Source of the DNA: an uncultured Candidatus Saccharibacteria bacterium | GTDB taxonomy: Bacteria > Patescibacteriota > Minisyncoccia > Phycocordibacterales > PALSA-1337 | Direction of reading: 5' to 3' | Length of the DNA stretch: 64,000 bases | Assembly: GCA_964543075.1 (NCBI GenBank) | Contig: CAZIVT010000002.1 | Coordinates: 3,089 to 67,088 of the forward strand | Notes under the pieces: generated by a model | What the model saw: the letters and a program-made list of their open reading frames with translations, nothing else | Told to the model about the DNA's origin: nothing | Databases searched by the model: none | In this document: piece after piece, positions 44,332 to 53,995 of the stretch | Layout: every line of letters begins with the position of its first letter | How positions within the stretch are numbered: position 1 is the stretch's first letter | Translations under genes and position numbers: made by a program

Positions 44332-47300
44332 ATGAAGCATATATGTATCAGTAGCTCGATTGTGGCACGTCTGACCAGGATATCTACCGGGTTCGTGCTC
44401 ATGCTGGCCATGGTTCTGACCAATATCCCCCTCGGATTCATCGTGACGATCGCGAAGAAATTCGATGACCGCAATGTTGTCGACTTGATGTGGCAGGCCC
44501 AGCGCGACTCGTCGGTCGTGGACTCGTTCGGCGTCGAGCAGGCTCATGCATCGGCAGAGAATACGGTCGATGTCACCATACTGGACGCTACCGACGAGTT
44601 CGGACCCTCTCCATCGGTCGTCTTCACGAGCGACCAAGTGGGATATGTTTTCTACATCGATGCGACTGCGCAGGATCTCGCCTACAGCAAGACCACCAAT
44701 GGCGGCACCAACTGGAGCGCGGCTGTCGTCATCGATACCGCCATCACCGGCTGGACCACCCTCGCCGTCTGGTATGACCAGTGGACGCCAGGAGACACCA
44801 CCGGCACGCGCATCCATATCGCCGCCGCGGACGATGCCGCTGACGACATCTACTACACATATCTCGATACCAACGGCGATACCCTCAAGGGCAGTGTGGT
44901 CGCGGCAGTCCCCGGATCGACTACCTTCACCGAAGCGAGCGATGGTCCCCCGAGCATCACCAAGGGAGCAGGAGGAGCACTCTTCATCTCCGGCAACTTC
45001 ACGAACACCGCCGGTGGCAAAGTCTACAAATCGACCGACGGAGCCGGAAACACATGGTCGGATGCCACGCCGACGAGCTGGAGCACAGTGGCGATCGATC
45101 AGATCCAGCTCTTACCTCTCCTCACCGACAACGACATCATCGCCATCAAGGCCCAGACGGCAGACAACACCATCAGATATCGCATATATGACGAGGTCGG
45201 CGACACCTGGGACGGAGCCTGGTCCGCGAGCATCGCCTCGCTCACCGAGAACACCACCTACGACCAGTGGTTCTCGGCCACCATCAGGAAGTCTACCGGA
45301 GACGTGTACCTCGCCTTCGCCAATCAGACCAACAATGCCGCCAACGATATCGCGTTCTGGAGCTTCGACGAGAGCGCTCGTTCGGGCTTCTCCCAAGGAG
45401 CGGATCTCTTCACCAACGATATCAGCGTGATGATGCCCGCTCCGCTCGTCGACGAGAACACGGGAGACATCTACGTCTCCTACCTCCGCGGCACGCTCAA
45501 CTCCGCCATGAATGTCTACTACAAGAAGTCGACTGATGGGGGCGCGAGTTGGGGCGATGAATCCGCGAAGCTCAACGAATTCGCCGATGACCACAAAGGC
45601 GTGCGTACCAATCTCCTCAGCGGGAGTAGGCTCTACGTCGTCTGGTACAACGACGACCTCAACGACATATATGGAAGTACCATCATGGATGGCGCAGAAG
45701 TGTCGATAGACAACGCCTTGACTGATGGTACCGACGAGTTCGGGCCGTCGCCATCATCGGTATTCATCTCTGATCAAGAAGGCTATGTCTTCTACATCGA
45801 TGCGGGTAACGACCTTGTCTATAGGAAGACCGTCGATGGAGGCAAGAACTGGCTCAATCCGGTGATCGTGAACAATGTCATCACCGGCTGGACCACCCTC
45901 GCCGTCTGGTATGACCAGTGGACGCCAGGAGACACCACCGGCACGCGCATCCATATCGCCGCCGCGGACGATGCCGCTGACGACATCTACTACACATATC
46001 TCGATACCAACGGCGATACCCTCAAGGGCAGTGTGGTCGCGGCAGTCCCCGGATCGACTACCTTCACCGAAGCGAGCGATGGTCCCCCGAGCATCACCAA
46101 GGGAGCAGGAGGAGCACTCTTCATCTCCGGCAACTTCACGAACACCGCCGGTGGCAAAGTCTACAAATCGACCGACGGAGCCGGAAACACATGGTCGGAT
46201 GCCACGCCGACGAGCTGGAGCACAGTGGCGATCGATCAGATCCAGCTCTTACCTCTCCTCACCGACAACGACATCATCGCCATCAAGGCCCAGACGGCAG
46301 ACAACACCATCAGATATCGCATATATGACGAGGTCGGCGACACCTGGGACGGAGCCTGGTCCGCGAGCATCGCCTCGCTCACCGAGAACACCACCTACGA
46401 CCAGTGGTTCTCGGCCACCATCAGGAAGTCTACCGGAGACGTGTACCTCGCCTTCGCCAATCAGACCAACAATGCCGCCAACGATATCGCGTTCTGGAGC
46501 TTCGACGAGAGCGCTCGTTCGGGCTTCTCCCAAGGAGCGGATCTCTTCACCAACGATATCAGCGTGATGATGCCCGCTCCGCTCGTCGACGAGAACACGG
46601 GAGACATCTACGTCTCCTACCTCCGCGGCACGCTCAACTCCGCCATGAACGTCTACTACAAGAAGTCGACTGATGGGGGTGCGAGTTGGGGAAGCGAATC
46701 GGAGAACTTGAACAAGGGCGTCGTCGATGACTTCAAGACTCTACGCGGGAACCTCCTGAGCGAAGATCGTCTCTATGCGGTCTGGTACAACGACGACCTC
46801 AACGACATATATGGAAGTACAGTAAACGACGTCTACGCATGGGAGCAGGCCGCGTATAGATTCTTCAACAGCGCCGCCTCCACCGATGTGGGGTCGGCTT
46901 TGGCGAATCAGGATATTCCGGGAGTCTTGGCGAGCGGCGGAGATACGTTCCGTCTGCGCATGCTTCTGCACAATACGGGACAGGCTCCGATCAATAGTGC
47001 CTCCATGAAGCTTCAGTATGCTGAGAAGTCAGGCACATGCGATACGGCTTTTTCGGGCGAGAGCTATGTCGATGTCACTTCATCGACTGATATAGCCTAT
47101 GATGTGGCCAACTCTCCGGCTGACGGAGATGCTTTGACATCCAACGCCTCAGACCCGACGCTCGGCAACAGTGTCGTCAATCAGACCTATGAAGAAGCCA
47201 ATCCCTTTACCAATACACAGGCCATAGTGCCATCGGGACAGGATGGTAAGTGGGATTTCGCGCTGATCGACAACGGCGCGCCGCCCGGTACGAGCTATTG

Positions 47301-48162
47301 TTTCCGTATCGTCTATACTGATGGCAATCTCATCAATCAGTATAGCGTCATCCCTGAGGTCTCTACCGCCTCCGGAGGCAATTCTCCACCCGTCGCTTCG
47401 GATGTCTCCATCGATTCTGATGCGGCCTCAGTGACGCTCATAGAAAGCACGACCAAGGACGTGGTCTGTGTCGCTACAGTCACTGATACGGATGGGTATA
47501 CAGATATTTCATCGGTCACGGCGGATCTCTTTCGGACATCACAGACTGTCAGTTCCGGACTCGATGACAACGATCACTATCAACTCTCAGGGGATAGTCA
47601 ATGCGTGCCTTCCGGTGGAGCGGGGAACAGTGAGACGTATACATGCACGTTCGCGGTCCAGTACTTCGCCGATGCTACGGATACTGGTTCGCCCAATGCG
47701 GCCGATGATTGGACGTGTCGAGTCATGCCCAGCGATTCAGCAGGAGAAGGGACGAGCGCGAGCGATACGATAGAAGTCGACTCACTGTTCGCATTGGAAG
47801 TCACGGCATCCATCGACTACGGGTCTCTCGATCCTGATAGCGATACGGGCTCGACCAATCAACAGGTGACGGTGACTAACACTGGCAATCGCGATATGGA
47901 TCCGCAGGTATCCGGAGGAGATATGGTTTCCGGCATCAATTCTATAGCCGTAGGACAACAAAAATACGCGTCTGCAGGATTCACCTATACGAGCGGTGGA
48001 ACGACGCTCTCCACGACACCGGCGACGCTCGACCTGGCCCTTCCTCAGCGCACCGCCGCGGTCGTCGACGCGCTCGTGTACTGGGGTATCGGCATACTGG
48101 ATGGGACTCCGGGAGGCGGATATGCCGGAACCAACACATTCACCGCTACGTCAGGTATATAA
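44332..48162 (+). CDS. Giant surface protein: two BNR/Asp-box beta-propeller units plus a C-terminal adhesin-like module
   Basis: Asp-box motifs (SKTTNGGTNWS, YKSTDGAGNTWS, KKSTDGGASWG) repeat in two ~379-aa units. The C-terminal ~300 aa are paralogous to the product of 48295..49209. Confidence 0.8.
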   Translation: MKHICISSSIVARLTRISTGFVLMLAMVLTNIPLGFIVTIAKKFDDRNVVDLMWQAQRDSSVVDSFGVEQAHASAENTVDVTILDATDEFGPSPSVVFTSDQVGYVFYIDATAQDLAYSKTTNGGTNWSAAVVIDTAITGWTTLAVWYDQWTPGDTTGTRIHIAAADDAADDIYYTYLDTNGDTLKGSVVAAVPGSTTFTEASDGPPSITKGAGGALFISGNFTNTAGGKVYKSTDGAGNTWSDATPTSWSTVAIDQIQLLPLLTDNDIIAIKAQTADNTIRYRIYDEVGDTWDGAWSASIASLTENTTYDQWFSATIRKSTGDVYLAFANQTNNAANDIAFWSFDESARSGFSQGADLFTNDISVMMPAPLVDENTGDIYVSYLRGTLNSAMNVYYKKSTDGGASWGDESAKLNEFADDHKGVRTNLLSGSRLYVVWYNDDLNDIYGSTIMDGAEVSIDNALTDGTDEFGPSPSSVFISDQEGYVFYIDAGNDLVYRKTVDGGKNWLNPVIVNNVITGWTTLAVWYDQWTPGDTTGTRIHIAAADDAADDIYYTYLDTNGDTLKGSVVAAVPGSTTFTEASDGPPSITKGAGGALFISGNFTNTAGGKVYKSTDGAGNTWSDATPTSWSTVAIDQIQLLPLLTDNDIIAIKAQTADNTIRYRIYDEVGDTWDGAWSASIASLTENTTYDQWFSATIRKSTGDVYLAFANQTNNAANDIAFWSFDESARSGFSQGADLFTNDISVMMPAPLVDENTGDIYVSYLRGTLNSAMNVYYKKSTDGGASWGSESENLNKGVVDDFKTLRGNLLSEDRLYAVWYNDDLNDIYGSTVNDVYAWEQAAYRFFNSAASTDVGSALANQDIPGVLASGGDTFRLRMLLHNTGQAPINSASMKLQYAEKSGTCDTAFSGESYVDVTSSTDIAYDVANSPADGDALTSNASDPTLGNSVVNQTYEEANPFTNTQAIVPSGQDGKWDFALIDNGAPPGTSYCFRIVYTDGNLINQYSVIPEVSTASGGNSPPVASDVSIDSDAASVTLIESTTKDVVCVATVTDTDGYTDISSVTADLFRTSQTVSSGLDDNDHYQLSGDSQCVPSGGAGNSETYTCTFAVQYFADATDTGSPNAADDWTCRVMPSDSAGEGTSASDTIEVDSLFALEVTASIDYGSLDPDSDTGSTNQQVTVTNTGNRDMDPQVSGGDMVSGINSIAVGQQKYASAGFTYTSGGTTLSTTPATLDLALPQRTAAVVDALVYWGIGILDGTPGGGYAGTNTFTATSGI
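44742..45512 (+). repeat. Internal tandem repeat, copy A (identical core)
   Basis: By eye, base-for-base identical to 45879..46649 (offset 1137 bp = 379 codons). The first mismatch is at 45513 (T versus C). Confidence 0.85.
45879..46649 (+). repeat. Internal tandem repeat, copy B (identical core)
   Basis: See copy A. The flanks of the two units are clearly diverged. Confidence 0.85.
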
Positions 48163-48294
48163 TCTCTCGTGCGGGTCGGATGGATCGAGGTGCTGTGGAT
48201 AATCAACTCGTCCCAAGAAAAAGCGCATGATATACTATGTGCGCATTTCGAGAGAGATACTCATAGTGCACCCTTTTTAAACACTCCGTATTTT

Positions 48295-49209
48295 ATGAAA
48301 ACAAAAAAAGAGACTATCCATTCGATCGTCGCGTCAGGCGTGAGCGCCATCATGATACTATCGGCAGTCATCGTCCATGCCGATACGACGAGTACCTCTG
48401 TCACCGTGGGCAACGCCGCGCCTTCTATATCAGCCACGACCTTCAATAGCGGCTCAGCGATCGTGCTCACTGAGAACACCACGACGGCTGTATACGCGAC
48501 CACGACAGTCACAGATAGCAACGGATGTGGGAGTATCTACGGAGTCACCGCCAACATTCGCCGATCCGGCGTCGCCGCGGCGAGCTGTGACCAGGTCGGA
48601 GAAGCAGACAACAACAGTTGCTATCCGGTCCTCACGTGTACTGTAGAAGCAGGAACATGTACGGGGGGATCTGATACAGCGGCCAACTACGTATGTTCGA
48701 CATCGCTCCAGTTCTACGCTGATCCGACAGACTCAGGTAGCTTCAGTGCCCAAAACTGGACTGTCGACCTGATAGCCGGAGACGGGGTCGCTACGACTAC
48801 TGAGGCTGCCAACGCGAGCGTCGAGCTCAACTCTCTCGCGGCGCTCAATGTCGATGCTTCATTGGCATACGGCACGATCGCTGCCAATACCGATACAGGA
48901 GCTCTCAACTCGACTACCACGGTCACCAATACCGGCAATACCAACATAGACCCCGATATTTCAGGGACCAATATGACCTCAGGAGGAGATACGATAGCGG
49001 TAGGGAACCAGGAGTACAGCAGTTCGATATTCACGTACGGATCAGGTACGGACCTCTCGACTTCGCCCACGAGTCTCGACCTGACATTGGCCAAACCTAC
49101 ATCAGCGAGTGCGGTGACCGACGATGTTTCCTGGGGTATAGCCATACCGGGCGGAACTCCTCCGGGAAACTATACAGGCACCAACACATTCACGGCTGTT
49201 GCAAACTAG
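48295..49209 (+). CDS. Secreted two-domain adhesin/fibre-subunit-like protein
   Basis: Start moved to MKTKKETIHSIVASGVSAIMILSAVIVHA. It aligns by eye with the C-terminus of the giant protein (…SLQFYADPTDSGS…, …LNVDASLAYGTI…, …WGIAIPGGTPPGNYTGTNTFTAV). Confidence 0.65.
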   Translation: MKTKKETIHSIVASGVSAIMILSAVIVHADTTSTSVTVGNAAPSISATTFNSGSAIVLTENTTTAVYATTTVTDSNGCGSIYGVTANIRRSGVAAASCDQVGEADNNSCYPVLTCTVEAGTCTGGSDTAANYVCSTSLQFYADPTDSGSFSAQNWTVDLIAGDGVATTTEAANASVELNSLAALNVDASLAYGTIAANTDTGALNSTTTVTNTGNTNIDPDISGTNMTSGGDTIAVGNQEYSSSIFTYGSGTDLSTSPTSLDLTLAKPTSASAVTDDVSWGIAIPGGTPPGNYTGTNTFTAVAN

Positions 49210-49248
49210 CCCTGATTCGGGTAGCCTTGCGATGTTAGGATCACGCTC

Positions 49249-50121
49249 GTGAATCTATCACGTCTCATCATCGGCATAGCCATAGTATCAGCATCCGTCG
49301 TGGGATGGGCGTCTTCCACGTATGCAGGGTTTGGTGTATCTCCAGGTCAGATCCAGGAGGACAAGCTCGTCCCTGGGGCGCTCATGGAAAAGACCATATA
49401 TCTAGTCCAAGGGACCCCTACTGAGGATTTGCCGATACGCGTATCAGTAGAATCTCCCAATATCCAAGATTGGATCACTATCCCGGATGGGCCGGATCAG
49501 GTCATCCCCGCGGGGCAACAGCAGTTCCCGGTTAGACTATCGATCCATGTTCCAGAGGATGCTTCGCTCGGGATATATCGCGCGTTCGTCAGAGTGACGA
49601 CGATCCCGCCCAAGGCCGAAGGGTCGCAGATCACCATCGCGCTCGGCGCCAAGGTGACCGTGGATCTCACTGTCGGCGATGATGTCGTATCAGAGTTCTC
49701 GGTCAAATCTATCAAGATCCAAGACATACATGAACGCCAAGATCCGCGCGTATCAGTGACGATCGTCAATACAGGCAACGTGCCTGCCGCTCCTGAGAAT
49801 GCCTCGTTCGAGCTATTCAACAAGTATGGTCAGATACGTCTCGCATACGCCGAGAACGATGATTTCGAAGAGACTCCGCCATTCCAGGAACGGACGATAG
49901 ATCTCCGATTCCCCCTCGATGTCCGGCTTGGTATCGGCGAGTACTGGGGCCATGTTAAAATCTATGATGATGGAATCGTCGTCAAAGAGCTCAAAACAAT
50001 CTTCAATGTCACCGAACGGACATGGTTGGAGCGCTACATGTATGCGCTCATCGGATCCGGCATCGGCATCATCATCTTGCTCCTCATCATCGTGGGGTAT
50101 CTCGCTCGCAAACGTGCGTAG
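49249..50121 (+). CDS. Cell-surface protein with two beta-sandwich-like halves and a C-terminal TM anchor (DUF916/DUF3324-like architecture)
   Basis: GTG start, signal peptide, GFGVSPGQIQEDKLVPGALMEKTIYLV, a second half VSVTIVNTGNVPAAPENASFELF, and a C-terminal TM plus basic tail LARKRA. Confidence 0.55.
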   Translation: MNLSRLIIGIAIVSASVVGWASSTYAGFGVSPGQIQEDKLVPGALMEKTIYLVQGTPTEDLPIRVSVESPNIQDWITIPDGPDQVIPAGQQQFPVRLSIHVPEDASLGIYRAFVRVTTIPPKAEGSQITIALGAKVTVDLTVGDDVVSEFSVKSIKIQDIHERQDPRVSVTIVNTGNVPAAPENASFELFNKYGQIRLAYAENDDFEETPPFQERTIDLRFPLDVRLGIGEYWGHVKIYDDGIVVKELKTIFNVTERTWLERYMYALIGSGIGIIILLLIIVGYLARKRA

Positions 50122-51229
50122 CATCCTCGCATCTATTCTCATAGCGGCGTCCCTCGTGTCTCTATGTCCCGCGCAGTATCTCTATGCCGCGACGTCAGAG
50201 GTCACGGTGACCGTCATTGTGGCAGAGTGTTCTGATGGCATAGACAACGATGGCAATAGCCTCATCGACTATCCGGATGATCCAGGATGTACGTCAGCAC
50301 TAGATCTATACGAGGATACGATCGCAGCATGTGCGGATGGTATAGACAACGATAGCGATGGATCGACCGACTTCCCGGCGGATATCGGATGTGATTCTGC
50401 GGGAGACGATGATGAGTACAACGCTCCCTCGACCCCTCCGAGCGGGGGATCGGGAGGGAGTAGTGGTGGAGGCAGTAGAGGCGACGACACACCTCCTCCA
50501 TCCTCCCAATCTAGCGTGATCATCAAGGGTGTCGCCTATCCAGGTAGCGATGTCCATGTGCTCAAGGATGGACAGTCTGTCGCTATTTCGCCGGCAGGTC
50601 CAGATGCCAAGTTCGAGATACAAGTCTCAGGTCTGGGACCGGGTACCTATACGTTCAGCGTGTGGGCTTCCGATTCCAATGGAGTCCGTTCGACGCTCTA
50701 TCCCTTCACGGTGACGCTCTCACCCAGTATAACCGCCGTCGTGAGCGGTGTATACTTGCCGCCTACCTTGAGCATCGGCTTTTCCTCCGTACGGCGTGGC
50801 GATCCACTGACGATCATCGGGCAGACCAGGCCGTCAGCTAGCGTCTCAGTCGTGACGCACTCTGAGAGTGAGGTCATCGGACAGGCCGTCGCCGATGCTC
50901 AGGGTCTCTGGAGCTACGTGCTCGATACGCTTCAGCTCGAGTATGGCGATCATATGACCCAGGCGCGCTCCAAGGCGGGTGCCGAGATCAGCATGATGTC
51001 GAAGTCCCTCATCTTCAAAGTTGCGTCACAATCCATCCCGCTTACCTCCGCAGAGGGTCTCATGGGCGACTTCAATCATGACAACAGGGTCAATCTAGCC
51101 GACTTCAGCATCATGTTATATTGGCATGGTCGTCCGCTCACGGCTTCATCCCCCGGAGTCGATCTCAATGGTGACGGCAAACTCGATCTGACCGATTTCA
51201 GCATATTCGCCTATCATTGGACGGGATAG
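50114..51229 (+). CDS. Secreted protein with Cys/Asp calcium-binding-type repeats, an Ig-like region and a C-terminal dockerin
   Basis: GTG start overlapping the upstream stop. CSDGIDNDGNSLIDYPDDPGC and CADGIDNDSDGSTDFPADIGC repeats. Dockerin pair DFNHDNRVNLADFSIM and DLNGDGKLDLTDFSIF. Confidence 0.7.
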   Translation: MRSILASILIAASLVSLCPAQYLYAATSEVTVTVIVAECSDGIDNDGNSLIDYPDDPGCTSALDLYEDTIAACADGIDNDSDGSTDFPADIGCDSAGDDDEYNAPSTPPSGGSGGSSGGGSRGDDTPPPSSQSSVIIKGVAYPGSDVHVLKDGQSVAISPAGPDAKFEIQVSGLGPGTYTFSVWASDSNGVRSTLYPFTVTLSPSITAVVSGVYLPPTLSIGFSSVRRGDPLTIIGQTRPSASVSVVTHSESEVIGQAVADAQGLWSYVLDTLQLEYGDHMTQARSKAGAEISMMSKSLIFKVASQSIPLTSAEGLMGDFNHDNRVNLADFSIMLYWHGRPLTASSPGVDLNGDGKLDLTDFSIFAYHWTG

Positions 51230-51252
51230 GTTCTACGATATCTCACATCATC

Positions 51253-52179
51253 ATGAATACCAGAACACCAAACTCGTATAGATCTACCGTGACAGCTTTC
51301 ATGCTCGTCGCGCTCTATGTTCTCATCCCCGCTCCTGCTGACGCGGCCGAATCATGGTTCGTATCGGATATGATCGAGGTCGGATCTGAGTCTCACATCT
51401 TCGTCATGATGAGTTCGGACGATCCGATCAATGCTGTCGAGATGTCTATACACGCGCCAGATGGTCTGCGCATAGTGGATGCGTCAGACGGAGATTCGGT
51501 CGTCAATTTCTGGGTCGAACGGCCGATGGTCTCAGAGGACATGAGGTCAGTCAGGTTCGCAGGCATCATCCCAGGAGGGTTCAGCGGCGCAGAAGGGAAG
51601 GTCATCGACCTGAGCGTCATAGCCGATCGGCCAGGGCAATACACGATGTCGTTCGATGCATCTTCCAAGCTCTATATGAATGATCCGACAGCGGCAGGGA
51701 TCGAGATCCAGGTCCGACCTTCTCGAATCATCGCGAGCGTCGATGTGGCCACGTCATCGGCCGCGATACAGTCTGACACAGACGTCGATCCTCCCGAGCC
51801 GTTCACTCCGGTCTATGCGCGCATCTCCGATGGGGATGAGGATTTCTGGGTGGTCTCATTCGAGACGCAAGACAAAGGATCAGGAGTCTATCTCTACCAG
51901 GTCGCCGAGACGCGCAGGCCAGTAGATATGGATGATCGTTTCGCGCTCGCGCGGCTCACGTGGACGACGACGTGGTCGCCGTATCGACTATCGGACCAGG
52001 AGACTGTTTCGCATATCTATGTCAAAGCCGTCGATCGCAAGGGCAATGTCCGATTCGGTCATCTCGATCCACTGCGACATATCCCATGGTATCGAGGCCC
52101 GATCCAGTATATACTTATCCTGACGGTATCAATCGCGCTCCTTGTCTTCCTGTGGTCGCGTCGGAGAGCGGTGCGGTGA
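51253..52179 (+). CDS. Membrane-anchored cohesin-like domain protein
   Basis: Signal peptide, a domain aligning with the cohesin-like N-domain of the next gene (…INAVEMSIHAPDGLRIVDASDGDSVVNFWV…), and a C-terminal TM YILILTVSIALLVFLW. Confidence 0.55.
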   Translation: MNTRTPNSYRSTVTAFMLVALYVLIPAPADAAESWFVSDMIEVGSESHIFVMMSSDDPINAVEMSIHAPDGLRIVDASDGDSVVNFWVERPMVSEDMRSVRFAGIIPGGFSGAEGKVIDLSVIADRPGQYTMSFDASSKLYMNDPTAAGIEIQVRPSRIIASVDVATSSAAIQSDTDVDPPEPFTPVYARISDGDEDFWVVSFETQDKGSGVYLYQVAETRRPVDMDDRFALARLTWTTTWSPYRLSDQETVSHIYVKAVDRKGNVRFGHLDPLRHIPWYRGPIQYILILTVSIALLVFLWSRRRAVR

Positions 52180-52192
52180 CGTCCATATCTCT

Positions 52193-53956
52193 ATGCTGAG
52201 AGCGATTCTTGCGTATACCAGATCTACTAGCCGACATACGTCGCGTATGGCGGCTGTCGTAGCGCTCATGGCGCTCGTCTCTATCGGCTATGTCTCTCCA
52301 TCTCGAGCCGAGGCCGCGGTGCTGTCTATCGCTCCGTCAGACGCATCGGCGACATATACGGTGGGTCAGGTATTCTCTGTACCAGTCCTCGTCTCGACAG
52401 TGAGCGGCATCCCAGTCAATGCCGTATCAGGCACGATCTCATTCCCGACCAATTCTCTCCAAGTCGTCTCGCTCGATACGTCCGGAACATTCGTGGATTT
52501 CTGGATAAGCAAGCCCGTGTTCTCCAATAGCGAGGGGACTATCAATTTCGAAGGAGGCTCCTACAATCCAGGATTCCTCGGTTCGGGAGGGAAGATAGTC
52601 AATATCCTATTCAAAGCAAAGGCTGTCGGTCCGGCGACGGTCTCATTTTTGAGCTCAGCAGCTCTGGCCAATGACGGGCGGGGAACCAACATCCTCATCA
52701 AGGCCAATCCGGCAACGCTCAATATCGTCCCTTCTTCTGCTCTCGTTCCTGATGTAGCCAATACAGTCGAAAGCCAAGCACTCTCTGCGTATTCGCCGAC
52801 TCACCCTGATCAGACCAAGTGGTACAATCTGACCACGGCAAAAGTCGCTTGGCGTCTCCCGACAGGGACAACTGCCGTGAGGACGCGCCTCGACAGGAGT
52901 CCGTCGACCATACCGTCGATCATGTACTCTCCTCCGATCTCTGAGAAAGAGGTAGAAATATCCTCTGACGGTGTCTGGTATTTCCATGTACAAGCTCGCA
53001 ATGACAGCGCGTGGGGTCCAGTCACTCACTACAAGTTGCAGATCGATACGACATCCCCCGATCCATTTTCCATCGAATTCCCCCATGGTTCCACATCTGA
53101 TGATCCGCGCCCCGTCATACTCTTCAATACCACCGATGGACTCTCTGGCATGAGTCACTACGATGTAGTGATCGGTGATTTGGATCTGGTACACGTAGAT
53201 TACAAATCTGTCGATAGCAATCCATATGCCATACCTGATCAGGATCCTGGAGATCAGGTAATCAAAGTAGTCGCGTATGATGTCGCAGGCAATGCCGCGA
53301 TCGCCACGAGCACGTTCACTATCACCGGTCTCAAGCAGCCTGAGTTCGACGCGTTCCCCGAGATCCTCACAGAAGGAGACAGCCTCCAATTTCTCGGTAC
53401 CACGTATCCATACGCGACCTTGGTGGTCACCATCACAGATAGCGTCGGGCAACCTGTCACACAAGAAGCAGTGGCGAACTCAGCTGGCAGATTCATCATG
53501 ATATGGCAGAAATATCTCAACAAAGGCCTGTATACAATGACGTCACATGTCGTCGATGAACGGGGAGCCAAGAGCGTTTCTATCGACGAACGACTGATCA
53601 CTGTCAGGCCACCTGCGCTCACGCGCATTGGCGTGCCGATACTCAACTACATGACGTTCCTCGCCATCGTCATCGGTGGCATCGCGGCGATCGTTCTCTG
53701 GTCCTGGTACCTGCTCTATCATGTGCGCAAATTGAATCGCAAGCTCTCTAGCCGTCTTCGCGCCGCTGATGAAAGCGTCCATACTCAGTTCAAGAAGCTG
53801 CAAAGATCGGTCAGCCAACAGGTCAAGGCGCTCGAAGCCGCTTCCGAGCGCCGGACGCTGACCCCCGAGGAATCTCGACTGATCGACGGGCTCCGCGATG
53901 CCATAGACGAGGCGGAAGAAGTTGTGGAACGAGAAGTCAAAGACATCGGGAAGTAG
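52193..53956 (+). CDS. Cohesin-domain surface protein with Ig-like repeats, a TM anchor and a cytoplasmic coiled coil
   Basis: VLSIAPSDASATYTVGQVFSVPVLVST...VNAVSGTISFPTNSLQVVSLD...GTINFEGG is a cohesin-like pattern. TM segment FLAIVIGGIAAIVLWSWYLLY. Confidence 0.65.
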   Translation: MLRAILAYTRSTSRHTSRMAAVVALMALVSIGYVSPSRAEAAVLSIAPSDASATYTVGQVFSVPVLVSTVSGIPVNAVSGTISFPTNSLQVVSLDTSGTFVDFWISKPVFSNSEGTINFEGGSYNPGFLGSGGKIVNILFKAKAVGPATVSFLSSAALANDGRGTNILIKANPATLNIVPSSALVPDVANTVESQALSAYSPTHPDQTKWYNLTTAKVAWRLPTGTTAVRTRLDRSPSTIPSIMYSPPISEKEVEISSDGVWYFHVQARNDSAWGPVTHYKLQIDTTSPDPFSIEFPHGSTSDDPRPVILFNTTDGLSGMSHYDVVIGDLDLVHVDYKSVDSNPYAIPDQDPGDQVIKVVAYDVAGNAAIATSTFTITGLKQPEFDAFPEILTEGDSLQFLGTTYPYATLVVTITDSVGQPVTQEAVANSAGRFIMIWQKYLNKGLYTMTSHVVDERGAKSVSIDERLITVRPPALTRIGVPILNYMTFLAIVIGGIAAIVLWSWYLLYHVRKLNRKLSSRLRAADESVHTQFKKLQRSVSQQVKALEAASERRTLTPEESRLIDGLRDAIDEAEEVVEREVKDIGK

Positions 53957-53995
53957 GCCTCTTGGAATTTCCGTCATTTGGTGTATACTCCACCC

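Noticed and set aside
44546-46567. Duplicated 294-aa and 230-aa Pro/Ser/Thr/Arg-rich ORFs, and 89-aa ORF pairs
   Set aside because: They are alternative frames of the BNR-propeller gene. They appear twice only because of the 1137-bp internal duplication.
44742-46649. The identical repeat pair as a template/variable repeat of a diversity-generating retroelement
   Set aside because: The copies are identical rather than differing at adenines. No reverse transcriptase or accessory gene is present in the window.
52655-53464. A 269-aa minus-strand ORF
   Set aside because: It is antisense to the cohesin-domain gene, Arg/Ile/Asp-rich and without motifs.
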